Assembly (NCBI GenBank): GCA_964016885.1
Contig: OZ024740.1
Coordinates: forward strand, 1,984,001-2,048,000
Length of the DNA stretch: 64,000 bases
Source: Eledone cirrhosa
Lineage: Eukaryota
Direction: 5' to 3'
Shown here: positions 51,051-62,894 of the stretch, piece after piece
How positions within the stretch are numbered: the stretch's first letter is position 1
How the letters are laid out: every line of letters starts with the position of its first letter
Translations under genes and position numbers: made by a program
Notes under the pieces: model-generated
What the model was told of the DNA's origin: nothing
Databases searched by the model: none
The model's input: the letters and a program-made list of their open reading frames with translations, nothing else

Positions 51051-54000
51051 TATCAGCTTACGCACCCCAATCGGGGCTGCCAGACGAACTTAAGGATAGG
51101 TTTTACGAGTCCCTAATACACACTACTGCTCTAATAGACGACAAGGACTTCCTAATCATTGCAGGAGATTTTAACGGACACGTAGGTAAACACTGCGACG
51201 GCTTCAATAGAGTACATGGAGGCCATGGAGTTGGCACAAGGAATGAGGAAGGATTCAGACTTCTAGAATTCTGCGACGCCAATGACATGTCGATATGTAA
51301 CACAAACTTTAAAAAACCCGACAACCACCTGATCACCTATAGATCAGGGGAGCACTCTAGTCAGTTAGATTTTATCCTCATCAGAGGACGTGACAGATGG
51401 ACGGTCGTAAACACAAAAGCCTTCCCTAGTGAGGAATGTACATCCCAACATAGCTTAGTTGTCAGCGACCTCACGGTCAGAACTAGACGAGCCCTGAAAC
51501 AGAGGCCAACCTGGAGAAGAAAGATCTGGAAGCTGAAAGTCCCCTCAACCAGTAACAGATTTAAAGATATTTTACTCAACGCCTACGACAGTAAAGAAGA
51601 ACAGATAGAGACATTTAACGTAGAAGAGAACTGGGAGTTCCTAAAAAATAACTTACTAGAGGCGACGGATGAGGTTTGTGGCTGGAGTAAGGCCTCAAGC
51701 AGGAGGAGAGTGACTTGGTGGTGGAACAATAAGGTAGATGAAGCAGTCAAGGCCAAGAGACAGGCATGGAAAGAATGGAAGAACGGGGGGAGCAGGGTAC
51801 ATTACATAGAGACCAAGAGGGAAGCTAGGCGACAAGTATACTTAGCTAGGAGGGAAGCAGAGGATAGAAAATTCAAGCATGTTTTAGAACGTGAGGACCA
51901 GAAGCAGGAGGTATTCAAGATTGCGAGGCAGTGTGTCAGAGATAGTTGTGATGTCATTGGAGAGAAGTGTATCCGGAATGATAAAGGTGAGCTTGCCCTC
52001 ACAAGTGCTGAGAAGAAAGATGCATGGAAGAGTCATTATGATAGATTACTAAGTGAGGAGAATGCATGGGAAGAAGAGACCCTACCCCATGTAGACCCTA
52101 TAGAGGGACCAGCAGTACAAGTCAGCGGCAGCGTAGTAAGTAAGGCAATCAGAGATATGAAGATGGGGAAGGCAACCGGTCCATCGGGTATAGCTGCCGA
52201 GATGCTGAAGGCATCTGGGTCTGTAGGTCACACTATAACCACACGTATCGTTAACCAGGTAATACTAGAAGGGGCCATACCAAAAGATTGGTGCAGTAGC
52301 ATCATTGTCAACTGCTACAAAGGTAAAGGCGATGCACTAGATAGAGGAAACTATAGAGGTATAAAGTTGATGGACCAGGTCATGAAAGTAACAGAAAGAG
52401 TTATAGCACAGCTGATTAGGGACCGGGTGAATATAGACGAGATGCAATTTGGGTTTGTACCAGGGAGAGGCACCACTGATGCCCTCTTCCTTGTGAGGCA
52501 ATTACAGGAAAAGTACCTAGCTAAAAGTAAGCCACTCTACTTGGCATTTGTCGACCTTGAGAAAGCCTTTGACAGAGTTCCACGTGCAGTAATCTGGTGG
52601 GCTCTTAGAAAACTAGGAGTAGATGAATGGCTTGTGAAAGCGGTACAAGCCATGTATAGGGGAGCAGTCAGCAAAGTTAGGATTAGCAATGAGTATAGCG
52701 AGGAATTTAGCGTACAGGTTGGGGTCCACCAGGGCTCTGTTCTTAGCCCTCTCCTGTTCATCATAGTCCTGCAGGCAATAACGGAGGAGTTTAAGACCGG
52801 ATGCCCATGGGAACTCCTGTATGCTGATGACCTCGCACTCATAGCTGAATCTATGGTAGAACTAGAGAAGAAATTCCAAACCTGGAAGCAGGGACTAGAG
52901 AGAAAGGGCCTCAAAGTCAACATGACAAAGACTAAGGTCCTTGTAAGTAGACGAGAAAACAGAACCCAGATCCCCTCAGGGAAATGGCCTTGCTCAGTAT
53001 GTAGGAAAGGTGTAGGTAGGAACTCCATTCTCTGCCCCAAATGCAAACAATGGGTACACAAGAGATGTAGCGGGATCTCAGCAAGCTTAATTAAGAATGT
53101 AGGATTCACATGCAGCAGCTGTGCTGAAACAGCAAGCAAACAGCCACAGGAAACAAGCACCACCAATCTCTGGGAGGGCCCTGTAGAAACAGTAGACAGC
53201 TTCTGCTACCTAGGTGACCGAATTAGCAACAGAGGTGGGTGCTCAGAAAGTACAATAACTAGGGTAAGAACGGGATGGAAGAAGTTTAGGGAACTACTAC
53301 CACTGCTAGCTGCAAAAGGCTTCTCCCTCAGAATGAAAGGCAGACTGTATGATGCGTGTATCCGAACAGCGATGTTGCATGGTAGTGAGACCTGGGCGCT
53401 GAAGGTGGAAGACTTACGTAGATTAGAGAGAAACGAAGCCTGCATGCTCCGATGGATGTGTAACAGTAATATACGTGAACGACAAAGCATAAAGGAATTG
53501 AGAGAGAGACTGAGCATAAGAGGAATCAAATGCTGCGTGCAGGAGAGGCGGTTACGCTGGTATGGACATGTGATGCGTATGAAGGATGACAGCTGCATAA
53601 AAAGGTGCAGAGCACTAGAAGTTGATGGAAACCGCGGAGTGGGGGAGACCCAAGATGACTTGGGATGAGGTGATAAAAGCCGACCTTACCCAATTACACC
53701 TCTCAAAGACAATGACACACGACCGTGACTTCTGGCGTCACACAGTAATACATGGTACCCGACCTCCCATGGGTACATGCTGAAGCATATAAACAATATG
53801 CCCCCACTCCCCCCACCGCAAGGTGGTCGTGGAGGTGCCACGGCAAAAAAGCACCCAGCCCACACTGTAAAGTGGACGTGTAGGCGCCACGAAAAAGCAC
53901 CCAGCACTCACTGTAAATGAGGTTGGTGTTAGGAAGGGCATCCAGCTGTAGAAATCAAGCCAAATCAGTTCCTGTATGAGCAAGGCATGGTCAGCCGACC

Positions 54001-54080
54001 AGACACTGCCCACAACAGGACAACCCGTCTAACCCATGCTAGCGTGGAAGAACGGACGTAAAACGGTGATGATGATGATG
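51051..54080 (+). mobile_element. RTE-clade LINE (family B), 5'-truncated within the endonuclease
   Basis: EN-RT ORF, 3' UTR with 45-48-bp repeats, AACGGACGTAAAACGGT(GAT)n tail. Confidence 0.94.
51053..53668 (+). CDS. RTE EN (partial) plus RT with PHD-like finger; frameshift near 53645
   Basis: Frame open from SAYAPQ through [21 protein letters not shown] and RRLRWYGHV; an extra G in a G-run breaks GRPKMTW. Confidence 0.9.
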   Translation, partial: SAYAPQSGLPDELKDRFYESLIHTTALIDDKDFLIIAGDFNGHVGKHCDGFNRVHGGHGVGTRNEEGFRLLEFCDANDMSICNTNFKKPDNHLITYRSGEHSSQLDFILIRGRDRWTVVNTKAFPSEECTSQHSLVVSDLTVRTRRALKQRPTWRRKIWKLKVPSTSNRFKDILLNAYDSKEEQIETFNVEENWEFLKNNLLEATDEVCGWSKASSRRRVTWWWNNKVDEAVKAKRQAWKEWKNGGSRVHYIETKREARRQVYLARREAEDRKFKHVLEREDQKQEVFKIARQCVRDSCDVIGEKCIRNDKGELALTSAEKKDAWKSHYDRLLSEENAWEEETLPHVDPIEGPAVQVSGSVVSKAIRDMKMGKATGPSGIAAEMLKASGSVGHTITTRIVNQVILEGAIPKDWCSSIIVNCYKGKGDALDRGNYRGIKLMDQVMKVTERVIAQLIRDRVNIDEMQFGFVPGRGTTDALFLVRQLQEKYLAKSKPLYLAFVDLEKAFDRVPRAVIWWALRKLGVDEWLVKAVQAMYRGAVSKVRISNEYSEEFSVQVGVHQGSVLSPLLFIIVLQAITEEFKTGCPWELLYADDLALIAESMVELEKKFQTWKQGLERKGLKVNMTKTKVLVSRRENRTQIPSGKWPCSVCRKGVGRNSILCPKCKQWVHKRCSGISASLIKNVGFTCSSCAETASKQPQETSTTNLWEGPVETVDSFCYLGDRISNRGGCSESTITRVRTGWKKFRELLPLLAAKGFSLRMKGRLYDACIRTAMLHGSETWALKVEDLRRLERNEACMLRWMCNSNIRERQSIKELRERLSIRGIKCCVQERRLRWYGHVMRMKDDSCIKRCRALEVDGNRGVGETQDDLG

Positions 54081-54113
<33 letters not shown>

Positions 54114-54188
54114 TATATGTGTGTATATATACATATCATCATCATTGTTTAACGTCCATCTTCCACATACATACATATATATATATAT

Positions 54189-54513
54189 GGGCGTGAACGA
54201 CCAAGCATAGTAAAGTTGAGAGAGAAATTGTGTATAAGAGTGATAAGCTGTAGTGTGCAGGAGAGAAGACTGCGTTGGTATGGACATGTGATGCACATGG
54301 AGGACGGCTGCTGGGTAAAGAAGTGCCAAGAAATGCCAGCAGAAGGAAGACCATGAAAATCATGGATGGAGGTGGTGAGAGCTGACCTCATGTTGCTGAA
54401 GCTCACGGAAGAGATGACGAAGAACCATGACAAGTGGAGAGATACTGTGCTGAATAGGACCTGTCCCACCCTTGCAAGCAGGGAAAAGTAGACGTAAAAT
54501 GATGATGATGATG
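54189..54513 (+). mobile_element. RTE family C 3' fragment
   Basis: Similar to 10330-10672; ends GACGTAAAAT(GAT)n. Confidence 0.85.
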
Positions 54514-54533
54514 TATATATATATATATATATA

Positions 54534-56125
54534 CTAGCTGAGGTACCCAGCTTTGCCAAGGTTAACAAATGATAAGAGAAGACCGGCAGAAGAGAAAACG
54601 TCTGTATTGAATGCATTGTCTTGTTTACAGTGTGTGTATTGTGTGTATTGTGTGTGTGTGTTTGTATATATATATATTTCTGTGTGTGTGTGTATATATA
54701 TATATATATGTGTGTGTGTGTATATATATATATATATGTGTGTGTGTGTGCCAGTGCGTGTGTGTGTGTGTGTGTGTGCGTAAACCACCGTTGGAATCGG
54801 AGACATAGGCCGCAAAACACGATCATCACTGACAATGAACTCGCAGAGAGAATCCCTTATGGTTGATTGCCAACCTGCTAGAAATGCTTTGGTGTTATAA
54901 AATTAGTATCAATAAACTTTCCTACAAACATCTCTCTTTTATATCTCATTAATATCTCTTTTATATCTTTATTTGTTCATTCAAAATATTTTTCAGCTAA
55001 TTCTGTCGTACAATATACATCAGCAATCGTTATCTAATGTTTAAAACATATGAATAGCTGCGATATATGCACCATATCAGTCACAAACAATATGAGAATT
55101 GAATACCATACTAAAGCGCCAGTAGGGTTGTTAAGAACCTGCAGATAGAATTGTTAATAAATTCAACATTTGGCTTGGGTAAACTTTAAGATGTTCTTTC
55201 ATTGTAGGTTTCTTTTCTCAGCCAGTACGTTAAAGAAAATTGATAGTTACAACAATAAAGGTTGAACAGAGAACAAATTTTTTAACAAACTTGACAATAA
55301 TTTGTACAACCATAATAGAAATTCCAAGTAACAGAAAATACATAAATTACATTGTTAGAGCCTCAGAGTATACAATATTTTTTGTTCGGCCCTCGGGAGC
55401 AAAGATGAAGAGATTGTTTGGCGAGCTCACCCTAGAGCATCCTACATACAATTGACCATGGTCTTCCCAGATGAAGGCCAGCCACTTTTAGAGTTTGACT
55501 CTGATCTTTGTTGATGGTAATTGCGAAGCTTAATCTCTCTGTTGCTCTAGTAACATTTTTTCTGGAAAATCTGATCTTGCGGCCAGGGTGGGACTTTTTG
55601 GGTGGCATCTAGGCAGTAACAATGACAATAAACCGTCTGTTATTTCATGAAATAAATACGTTTGTTTATATTTTGTTTTTGTGTATGCAAAAATATCTGT
55701 ACACGAATATATAATTATATATATATATTTATTAAAATAACAGAATAAAGTTTAAACAAAGAATCGCTGCTTTCACCCTTAACAGGATCTTTTGAAACTA
55801 AAAAAATTGATCTGTGAACGCAGATGTAAATATTTCGAAAAACGTTGCAACCGAAAGAAAATAGGAAGATGATACTTTGGTTCGTGAAGACGTTAGGAAT
55901 GTCATATAACCTGAAGTGTTGAACATTTGAAAATTTTAAAGAAGTGAATATTTAAATAATGTCTTTAATCTTTTCACAAAATTCAGTAGACAAAAATACC
56001 CTCACTTTCTTACTTGGAAAAAGTTACATCTATGGTGCAAATTTGGGGCCGTTTGGTCCAGCCGCTTGGTGGAAAGTTTGTTACTTACATACGGCCGTCA
56101 GCTTTATAGTATATATATATATATA
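54534..56125 (-). mobile_element. Non-autonomous Helitron with helicase remnant
   Basis: Minus-strand 3' end CCTTGGCAAAGCTGGGTACCTCAGCTAG|T (imperfect hairpin plus CTAG); 5' region TATACTATAAAGCTGA; internal PIF1-like helicase fragment. 5' boundary approximate, and the expected TC terminus is not visible. Confidence 0.78.
55347..55540 (-). pseudogene. Helitron PIF1-family helicase C-terminal fragment
   Basis: Minus strand reads LSFAITINKDQSQTLKVAGLHLGRP, a small deletion, then HGQLYVGCSRVSSPNNLFIFAPEGRTKNIVYSEALTM* (helicase motifs V/VI). Confidence 0.82.
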
Positions 56126-56227
56126 TATATACAAAAACGAGGTTGTAGAAAAAAGATAAGAATGGAAACAGCACGGAAATATATTTAAAGAATCTTTTTT
56201 CTTTAATCTGTCAAAGTGACATTATTT

Positions 56228-59200
56228 GGATTGGTAGTATCGGTAGAGGGTCTGACACCATGGTGGATTGGTAGTATCGGTAGAGGGTCTGACACCATGG
56301 TAGGTGGTGGATTGGCAGTATTGGTAGAGGGTCTGACACCATGGTAGGTGGTGGATTGGCAGTATTGGTAGAGGGTCTGACACCATGGTAGGGTGGTGGA
56401 TTGGCAGTATTGGTAGAGGGTCTGACACCATGGTAGGTGGTGGATTGGCAGTATTGGTAGAGAGTCTGACACCATGGTAGGGTGGTGGATTGGCAGTATA
56501 GGTAGAGGGTCTGACGCCATGCTAGGGTGGTGGATTGGCAGTATTGGTAGAGGGTCTGACACCATGGTAGGGTGGTGGATTGGTAGTATTGGTAGAGGGT
56601 CTGACACCATGGTAGGTGGTGGATTGGCAGTATTGGTAGAGGGTCTGACACCATGGTAGGTGGTGGATTGGCAGTATTGGTAGAGGGTCTGACACCATGG
56701 TAGGGTGGTGGATTGGCAGTATTGGTAGAGGGTCTGACACCATGGTAGGTGGTGGATTGGCAGTATTGGTAGAGAGTCTGACACCATGGTAGGGTGGTGG
56801 ATTGGCAGTATAGGTAGAGGGTCTGACGCCATGCTAGGGTGGTGGATTGGCAGTATTGGTAGGTGGTGTATTGGCAGTATTGGTAGAGGGTCTGACACCA
56901 TGGTAGGGTGGTGGATTGGTAGTATTGGTAGAGGGTCTGACACCATGGTAGGTGGTGGATTGGTAGTATTGGTAGAGGGTCTGACACCATGGTAGGGTGG
57001 TGGATTGGTAGTATTGGTAGAGGGTCTGACACCATGGTAGGTGGTGGATTGGTAGTATTGGTAGAGAGTCTGACACCATGGTAGGGTGGTGGATTGGCAG
57101 TATTGGTAGAGGGTCTGACACCATGCTAGGGTGGTGGATTGGCAGTATAGGTAGAGGGTCTGACACCATGTTAGGGTGGTGAATTGGCAGTATTGGTAGA
57201 GGGTCTGACACCATGGTAGGTGGTGGATTGGCAGTATTGGTAGAGGGTCTGACACCATGGTAGGTGGTGGATTGGCAGTATTGGTAGAGGGTCTGACACC
57301 ATGGTAGGTGGTGGATTGGCAGTATAGGTAGAGGGTCTGACACCATGTTAGGGTGGTGGATTGGCAGTATAGGTAGAGGGTCTGACACCATGCTAGGGTG
57401 GTGGATTGGTAGTATTGGTAGAGGGTCTGACACCATGCTAGGGTGGTGGATTGGCAGTATAGGTAGAGGGTCTGACACCATGTTAGGGTGGTGAATTGGC
57501 AGTATTGGTAGAGGGTCTGACACCATGTTAGGGTGGTGGATTGGCAGTATAGGTAGAGGGTCTGACACCATGCTAGGTTGGTGGATTGGTAGTATTGGTA
57601 GAGGGTCTGACACCATGCTAGGGTGGTGGATTGGCAGTATAGGTAGAGGGTCTGACACCATGCTAGTGTGGTGGATTGGCAGTATAGGTAGAGGGTCTGA
57701 CACCATGCTAGGTTGGTGGATTGGTAGTATTGGTAGAGGGTCTGACACCATGCTAGGGTGGTGGATTGGCAGTATAGGTAGAGAGTCTGACACCATGCTA
57801 GGGTGGTGGATTGGCAGTATAGGTAGAGGGTCTGACACCATGCTAGGTTGGTGGATTGGTAGTATTGGTAGAGGGTCTGATACCATGCTAGGGTGGTGGA
57901 TTGGCAGTATAGGTAGAGGGTCTGACACCATGCTAGTGTGGTGGATTGGTAGTATTGGTAGAGGGTCTGACACCATGTTAGGGTGGTGGATTGGCAGTAT
58001 TGGTAGAGGGTCTGACACCATGCTAGGGTGGTGGATTGGTAGTATTGGTAGAGGGTCTGACACCATGGTAGGGTGGTGGATTGGCAATATTGGTAGAGGG
58101 TCTGACACCATGGTAGGGTGGTGGATTGGTAGTATTGGTAGAGGGTCTGACACCATGTTAGGGTGGTGTATTGGCAGTATTGGTAGAGGGTCTGACACCA
58201 TGGTAGGGTGGTGGATTGGTAGTATTGGTAGAGGGTCTGACACCATGGTAGGTGGTGGATTGGTAGTATTGGTAGAGGGTCTGACACCATGGTAGGGTGG
58301 TGGATTGGTAGTATTGGTAGAGGGTCTGACACCATGGTAGGTGGTGGATTGGTAGTATTGGTAGAGAGTCTGACATCATGGTAGGGTGGTGGATTGGCAG
58401 TATTGGTAGAGGGTCTGACACCATGGTAGGGTGGTGGATTGGCAGTATTGGTAGAGGGTCAGACACCATGCTAGGGTGGTGGATTGGCAGTATAGGTAGA
58501 GAGTCTGACACCATGCTAGGGTGGTGGATTGGCAGTATAGGTAGAGGGTCTGACACCATGCTAGGTTGGTGGATTGGTAGTATTGGTAGAGGGTCTGACA
58601 CCATGCTAGGTTGGTGGATTGGCAGTATAGGTAGAGGGTCTGACACCATGCTAGTGTGGTGGATTGGTAGTATTGGTAGAGGGTCTGACACCATGTTAGG
58701 GTGGTGGATTGGCAGTATTGGTAGAGGGTCTGACACCATGGTAGGTGGTGGATTGGTAGTATTGGTAGAGGGTCTGACACCATGGTAGGGTGGTGGATTG
58801 GTAGTATTGGTAGAGGGTCTGACACCATGTTAGGGTGGTGGATGGGCAGTATTGGTAGAGGGTCTGACACCATGTTAGGTGGTGGATTGGCAGTATTGGT
58901 AGAGGGTCTGACACCATGTTAGGGTGGTGGATTGGTAGTATTGGTAGAGGGTCTGACACCATGCTAGGGTGGTGGATTGGTAGTATTGGTAGAGGGTCTG
59001 ACACCATGGTAGAGTGGTGGATTGGCAGTATTGGTAGAGGGTCAGACACCATGCTAGGTGGTGGATTGGCAGTATCGGTAGAGGGTCTGACACCATGTTA
59101 GGGTGATGGATTGGCAATATTGGTAGAGCGTCTGACACCATGTTAGGGTGGTGGATGGGCAGTATTGGTAGAGGGTCTGACACCATGTTAGGTGGTGGAT

Positions 59201-60276
59201 TGGCAGTATTGGTAGAGGGTCTGACACCATGTTAGGGTGGTGGATTGGTAGTATTGGTAGAGGGTCTGACACCATGCTAGGGTGGTGGATTGGTAGTATT
59301 GGTAGAGGGTCTGACACCATGCTAGGGTGGTGGATTGGCAGTATAGGTAGAGGTTCTGACACCATGCTAGGGTGGTGGATTGGCAGTATAGGTAGAGGGT
59401 CTGACACCATGCTAGGGTGGTGGATTGGCAGTATTGGTAGAGGGTCTGACACCATGGTAGGGTGGTGGATTGGCAGTATTGGTAGGGTGGTGGATTGGTA
59501 GTATTGATAGAGGGTCTGACACCATGTTAGGGTGGTGAATTGGCAGTATTGGTAGGGTGGTGGATTGGTAGTATTGATAGAGGGTCTGACACCATGTTAG
59601 GGTGGTGAATTGGCAGTATTGGTAGGGTGGGGGATTGGTAGTATTGATAGAGGGTCTGACACCATGTTAGGTGGTGGATTGGCAGTATTGGTAGAGGGTC
59701 TGACACCATGCTAGGTGGTGGATTGGCAGTATTGGTAGAGGGTCTGACACCATGCTAGGGTGGTGGATTGGCAGTATAGGTAGAGGGTCTGACACCATGC
59801 TAGGGTGGTGAATTGGCAGTATTGGTAGAGGGTCTCACACCATGGTAGGTTGGTGGATTGGTAGTATTGGTAGAGGGTCTGACACCATGGTAGGGTGGTG
59901 GTTGGCAGTATCGGTAGAGGGTCTGACACCATGTTAGGGTGGTGGATTGGCAGTATAGGTAGAGGGTCTGACACCATGTTAGGGTGGTGGATTGGTAGTA
60001 TTGGTAGAGGGTCTGACACCATGGTAGGTTGGTGGATTGGTAGTATTGGTAGAGGGTCTGACACCATGTTAGGGTGGTGGATTGGCAGTATTGGTAGAGG
60101 GTCTGACACCATGGTAGGGTGGTGGATTGGCAGTATAGGTAGAGGGTCTGACACCATTGTAGGGTGGTGGATTGGCAGTATTGGTAGAGTGTCTGACATC
60201 ATGTTAGGTGGTGGATTGGCAGTATTGGTAGAGGGTCTGACACCGTGGTAGAGTGGTGGATTGGCAGTATCGGTAA
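56228..60276 (+). repeat. 44-45-bp minisatellite, about 90 copies, derived from a SINE tRNA-like head
   Basis: Unit GGATTGG(C/T)AGTATTGGTAGAGGGTCTGACACCATG(G/C/T)TAGGGTGGT, running directly into a SINE body. Confidence 0.95.
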
Positions 60277-60420
60277 ACGCATAGAGTTACGGCCCTTGCC
60301 ATTTTGAACTCAAATCCTGCTGAGGTTAATTTTGCCTTTCATCCTTATGGGGTCGATAAAATAAAGTACCAGTGATACACTGGCATAATTGCTGGCCTTG
60401 TGCCAAAAGTAGAAACAATT
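60277..60420 (+). mobile_element. SINE body continuing from the 45-bp array
   Basis: GCATAGAGTTACGG...CAAATCCTGCTGAGGTTAA...CCTTTCATCCTTATGGGGTCGATAAAATAAAGTACCAG...GCTGGCCTTGTGCCAAA, homologous to 49113-49253. Confidence 0.85.
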
Positions 60421-60699
60421 TATTGTAAAAAGGAGAAAAACTTTATTTAAAAAAAAAGTTTTATAAAATATATTACCAGTTTTGATGTAATCCATCTTAT
60501 CAAATATTAATTATCAAGAAGTAAAAATTAAAGAAAGTCTGTTAATATTTCATTTTGAGAGGAAGACTGGGTCACTTTAGAAAAAATACTTTATATACAC
60601 ACACTATGTTTTTCTTCTTTTTTTAATAACAACACTGATGGTTTAAAGAAGAAAAAAAGTTTCTTTAAATATTCTTCCATGCTGTTTCCATTCTTACTT

Positions 60700-60737
<38 letters not shown>

Positions 60738-60749
60738 AGTGTGTATTAG

Positions 60750-61033
60750 AATGTCAGATAGAATGCTTTGCTGTATTCGCCCTAGCTCTCTCCTCTCTGA
60801 GTTCAAATTCCATCACAAACTACTTTGCCTTTCATTCTTTTGAGATCAATAAAAAAGTACCAGTCTAGTACTGTGATCAATTCTTCTTCTCTATCTCTTC
60901 ATCATATCCTTTCTTATTACCCTCTCTTCTTCTGTGGAAGAAATCAGCTGTGTTCAGACCTGGAGAGAGATGGTCTCTGCCAGGTTTAAAATACTAAAGA
61001 AATGCTGTATATCTCTATGGCACTCCTACAACT
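60750..61033 (+). mobile_element. SINE plus 3' extension (related to 36575-36870)
   Basis: Shares GTACCAGTCTAGTACTG, GGAAGAAATC, TTCAGACCTGGAGAG and GCCAGGTTT. Confidence 0.6.
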
Positions 61034-61389
61034 CCACCATCTTAATCATCATGTTACATCAGCATTGATTAGATGGGTTATCACAGTCCAACACCAGACA
61101 TGTCTGACACACCTATTCTTGCTTTATACATTCCATATTTGGCATAATTATACATGTGTGTATGTGTATGTAAGAAGTAGACAGAAATAAACCAAACGAT
61201 ACAGTACAGTGAAGAAATATGTTAGTCTAACGCTTGAAATAATAGGAAAAGAGTGTTAACAGTTGAGGCACTAGTCCTTCATCAGAAGATAGAGTTAGAG
61301 ATAGAAGGTGAGATAGAGAGATAGAGAGTGGGGAGAGGAAGGGAGGGGAAAATAAATTGAGAAAAAGCACGTGTATTCAGTCAGCTATT

Positions 61390-61516
<127 letters not shown>

Positions 61517-61644
61517 TTTGTTTTTGAAACTGAGCAAGTTTGAAATAAAAATAGAAGCTTTCACCATTTTTTTTTCACTAATGAAATTTTAGCCTGAAAG
61601 GATAAGAAATGGAAAAAGATTAGTATATATATATATATATATAT

Positions 61645-62632
61645 ATCATCATCATCATCATCAACGTTTAACGTCCGTGTTCCACACTTGCATGGGTTTG
61701 GACGGGGGTTTTCCGACTTGAGGCAAGAGTGATTATCTTGCTCGCATAGGACTGTCTGGCAGGTTTTCTACAGTTGGATGCCCTTCCTAACACCAACCAC
61801 ATTTACAGTGTGGGGCTGGGAGGTTTTTACCGTGTTACCTACACGGGCACATTACAGCGTGGACTGTGTGTTTTTTTGTCGTGACACCTACACGATCTCA
61901 TTTGTTTCGGCCTGGATGGCGCGGCACCAACATAACTTTACATAGAACGGGGTGGTGTGGGTGGTGGGACGGGGGTGTATTTTGTTAGAGATGCCTACTG
62001 GCTGTAGTAGGTTTTACTATATATTTAGGTAAGGCGGGTCTTCTCTGTTACTGAGTACCGCCAAAGATCTCGGTCCAGTGACACTGTCTTGGAGAGGTGT
62101 AAGTGTGTGAGGTCGGAATTTATCAGCTCGTCCCAGGTTTTTCTAGGTCTGCCTATTCCGTGGCTACCGTTTATCTTTATTGCCCTGCACTTTGTTATAC
62201 AGCTATCGACTTTCATGCGCATCACATGTCCATACCAACGTAGCCTTCTCTCGAGTAAACAACATCTGATCCCTCTTATTTCTAATTTTTTCCTTAGTTC
62301 GTTTATGCTTTGCCGTTCACGTATATTACTATTACACATCCAGCGGAGCATGCAAGCTTCATTTCTCTCTAGTCTGCGTATATCCTCTGCACACAATGCC
62401 CAGGTCTCACTGCCATGCAACATTGCTGTTCGTATGCAGGCATCGTACAACCTGCCTTTCATTTTTAGGGAGAACCCTTTAGCAGCTAATAGTGGTATAA
62501 GCTCTCTGAACTTTTTCCAACCAGTTCTGACTCTAGCTACTGTACTTTCAGAGCACCCTCCCCCACTGCTGATTTTGTCACCCAGGTAGCGGAAGCTGTC
62601 CACTATTTCTATAGAACCCTCTGCGCAGTTGA
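61645..62632 (-). mobile_element. RTE family A 3' fragment (antisense)
   Basis: Minus ORF 62025..62630 is nearly identical to the C-terminus of the 203..1900 protein; same 3' UTR and (GAT)n tail. Confidence 0.93.
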
Positions 62633-62673
62633 TATATATATATATATAATAACTAGAAATTGATAAACATGAA

Positions 62674-62894
62674 TGTAAAGTGGACGTGTAGGCGCCACAA
62701 AAAAGCACCCAGCACTCACTGTAAACGAGGTTGGTGTTAGGAAGGGCATCCAGCTGTAGAAATCAAGGCAAATCAGTTCCTCTATGAGCAAGGCATGGTC
62801 AGCCGACCAGACACTGCCCACAACAGGACAACCCGTCTAACCCATGCTAGCGTGGAAGAACGGACGTAAAACAGTGATGATGATGATGATGATG
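62674..62894 (+). mobile_element. RTE family B 3' UTR fragment
   Basis: Matches 53866-54080. Confidence 0.88.

Noticed and set aside
56203-60251. 710-aa and 470-aa repeat ORFs, and TTAGGG occurrences as telomeric repeats
   Set aside because: The ORFs are array translations broken by 44-bp units; TTAGGG is an isolated variant within the 45-mer, not tandem.
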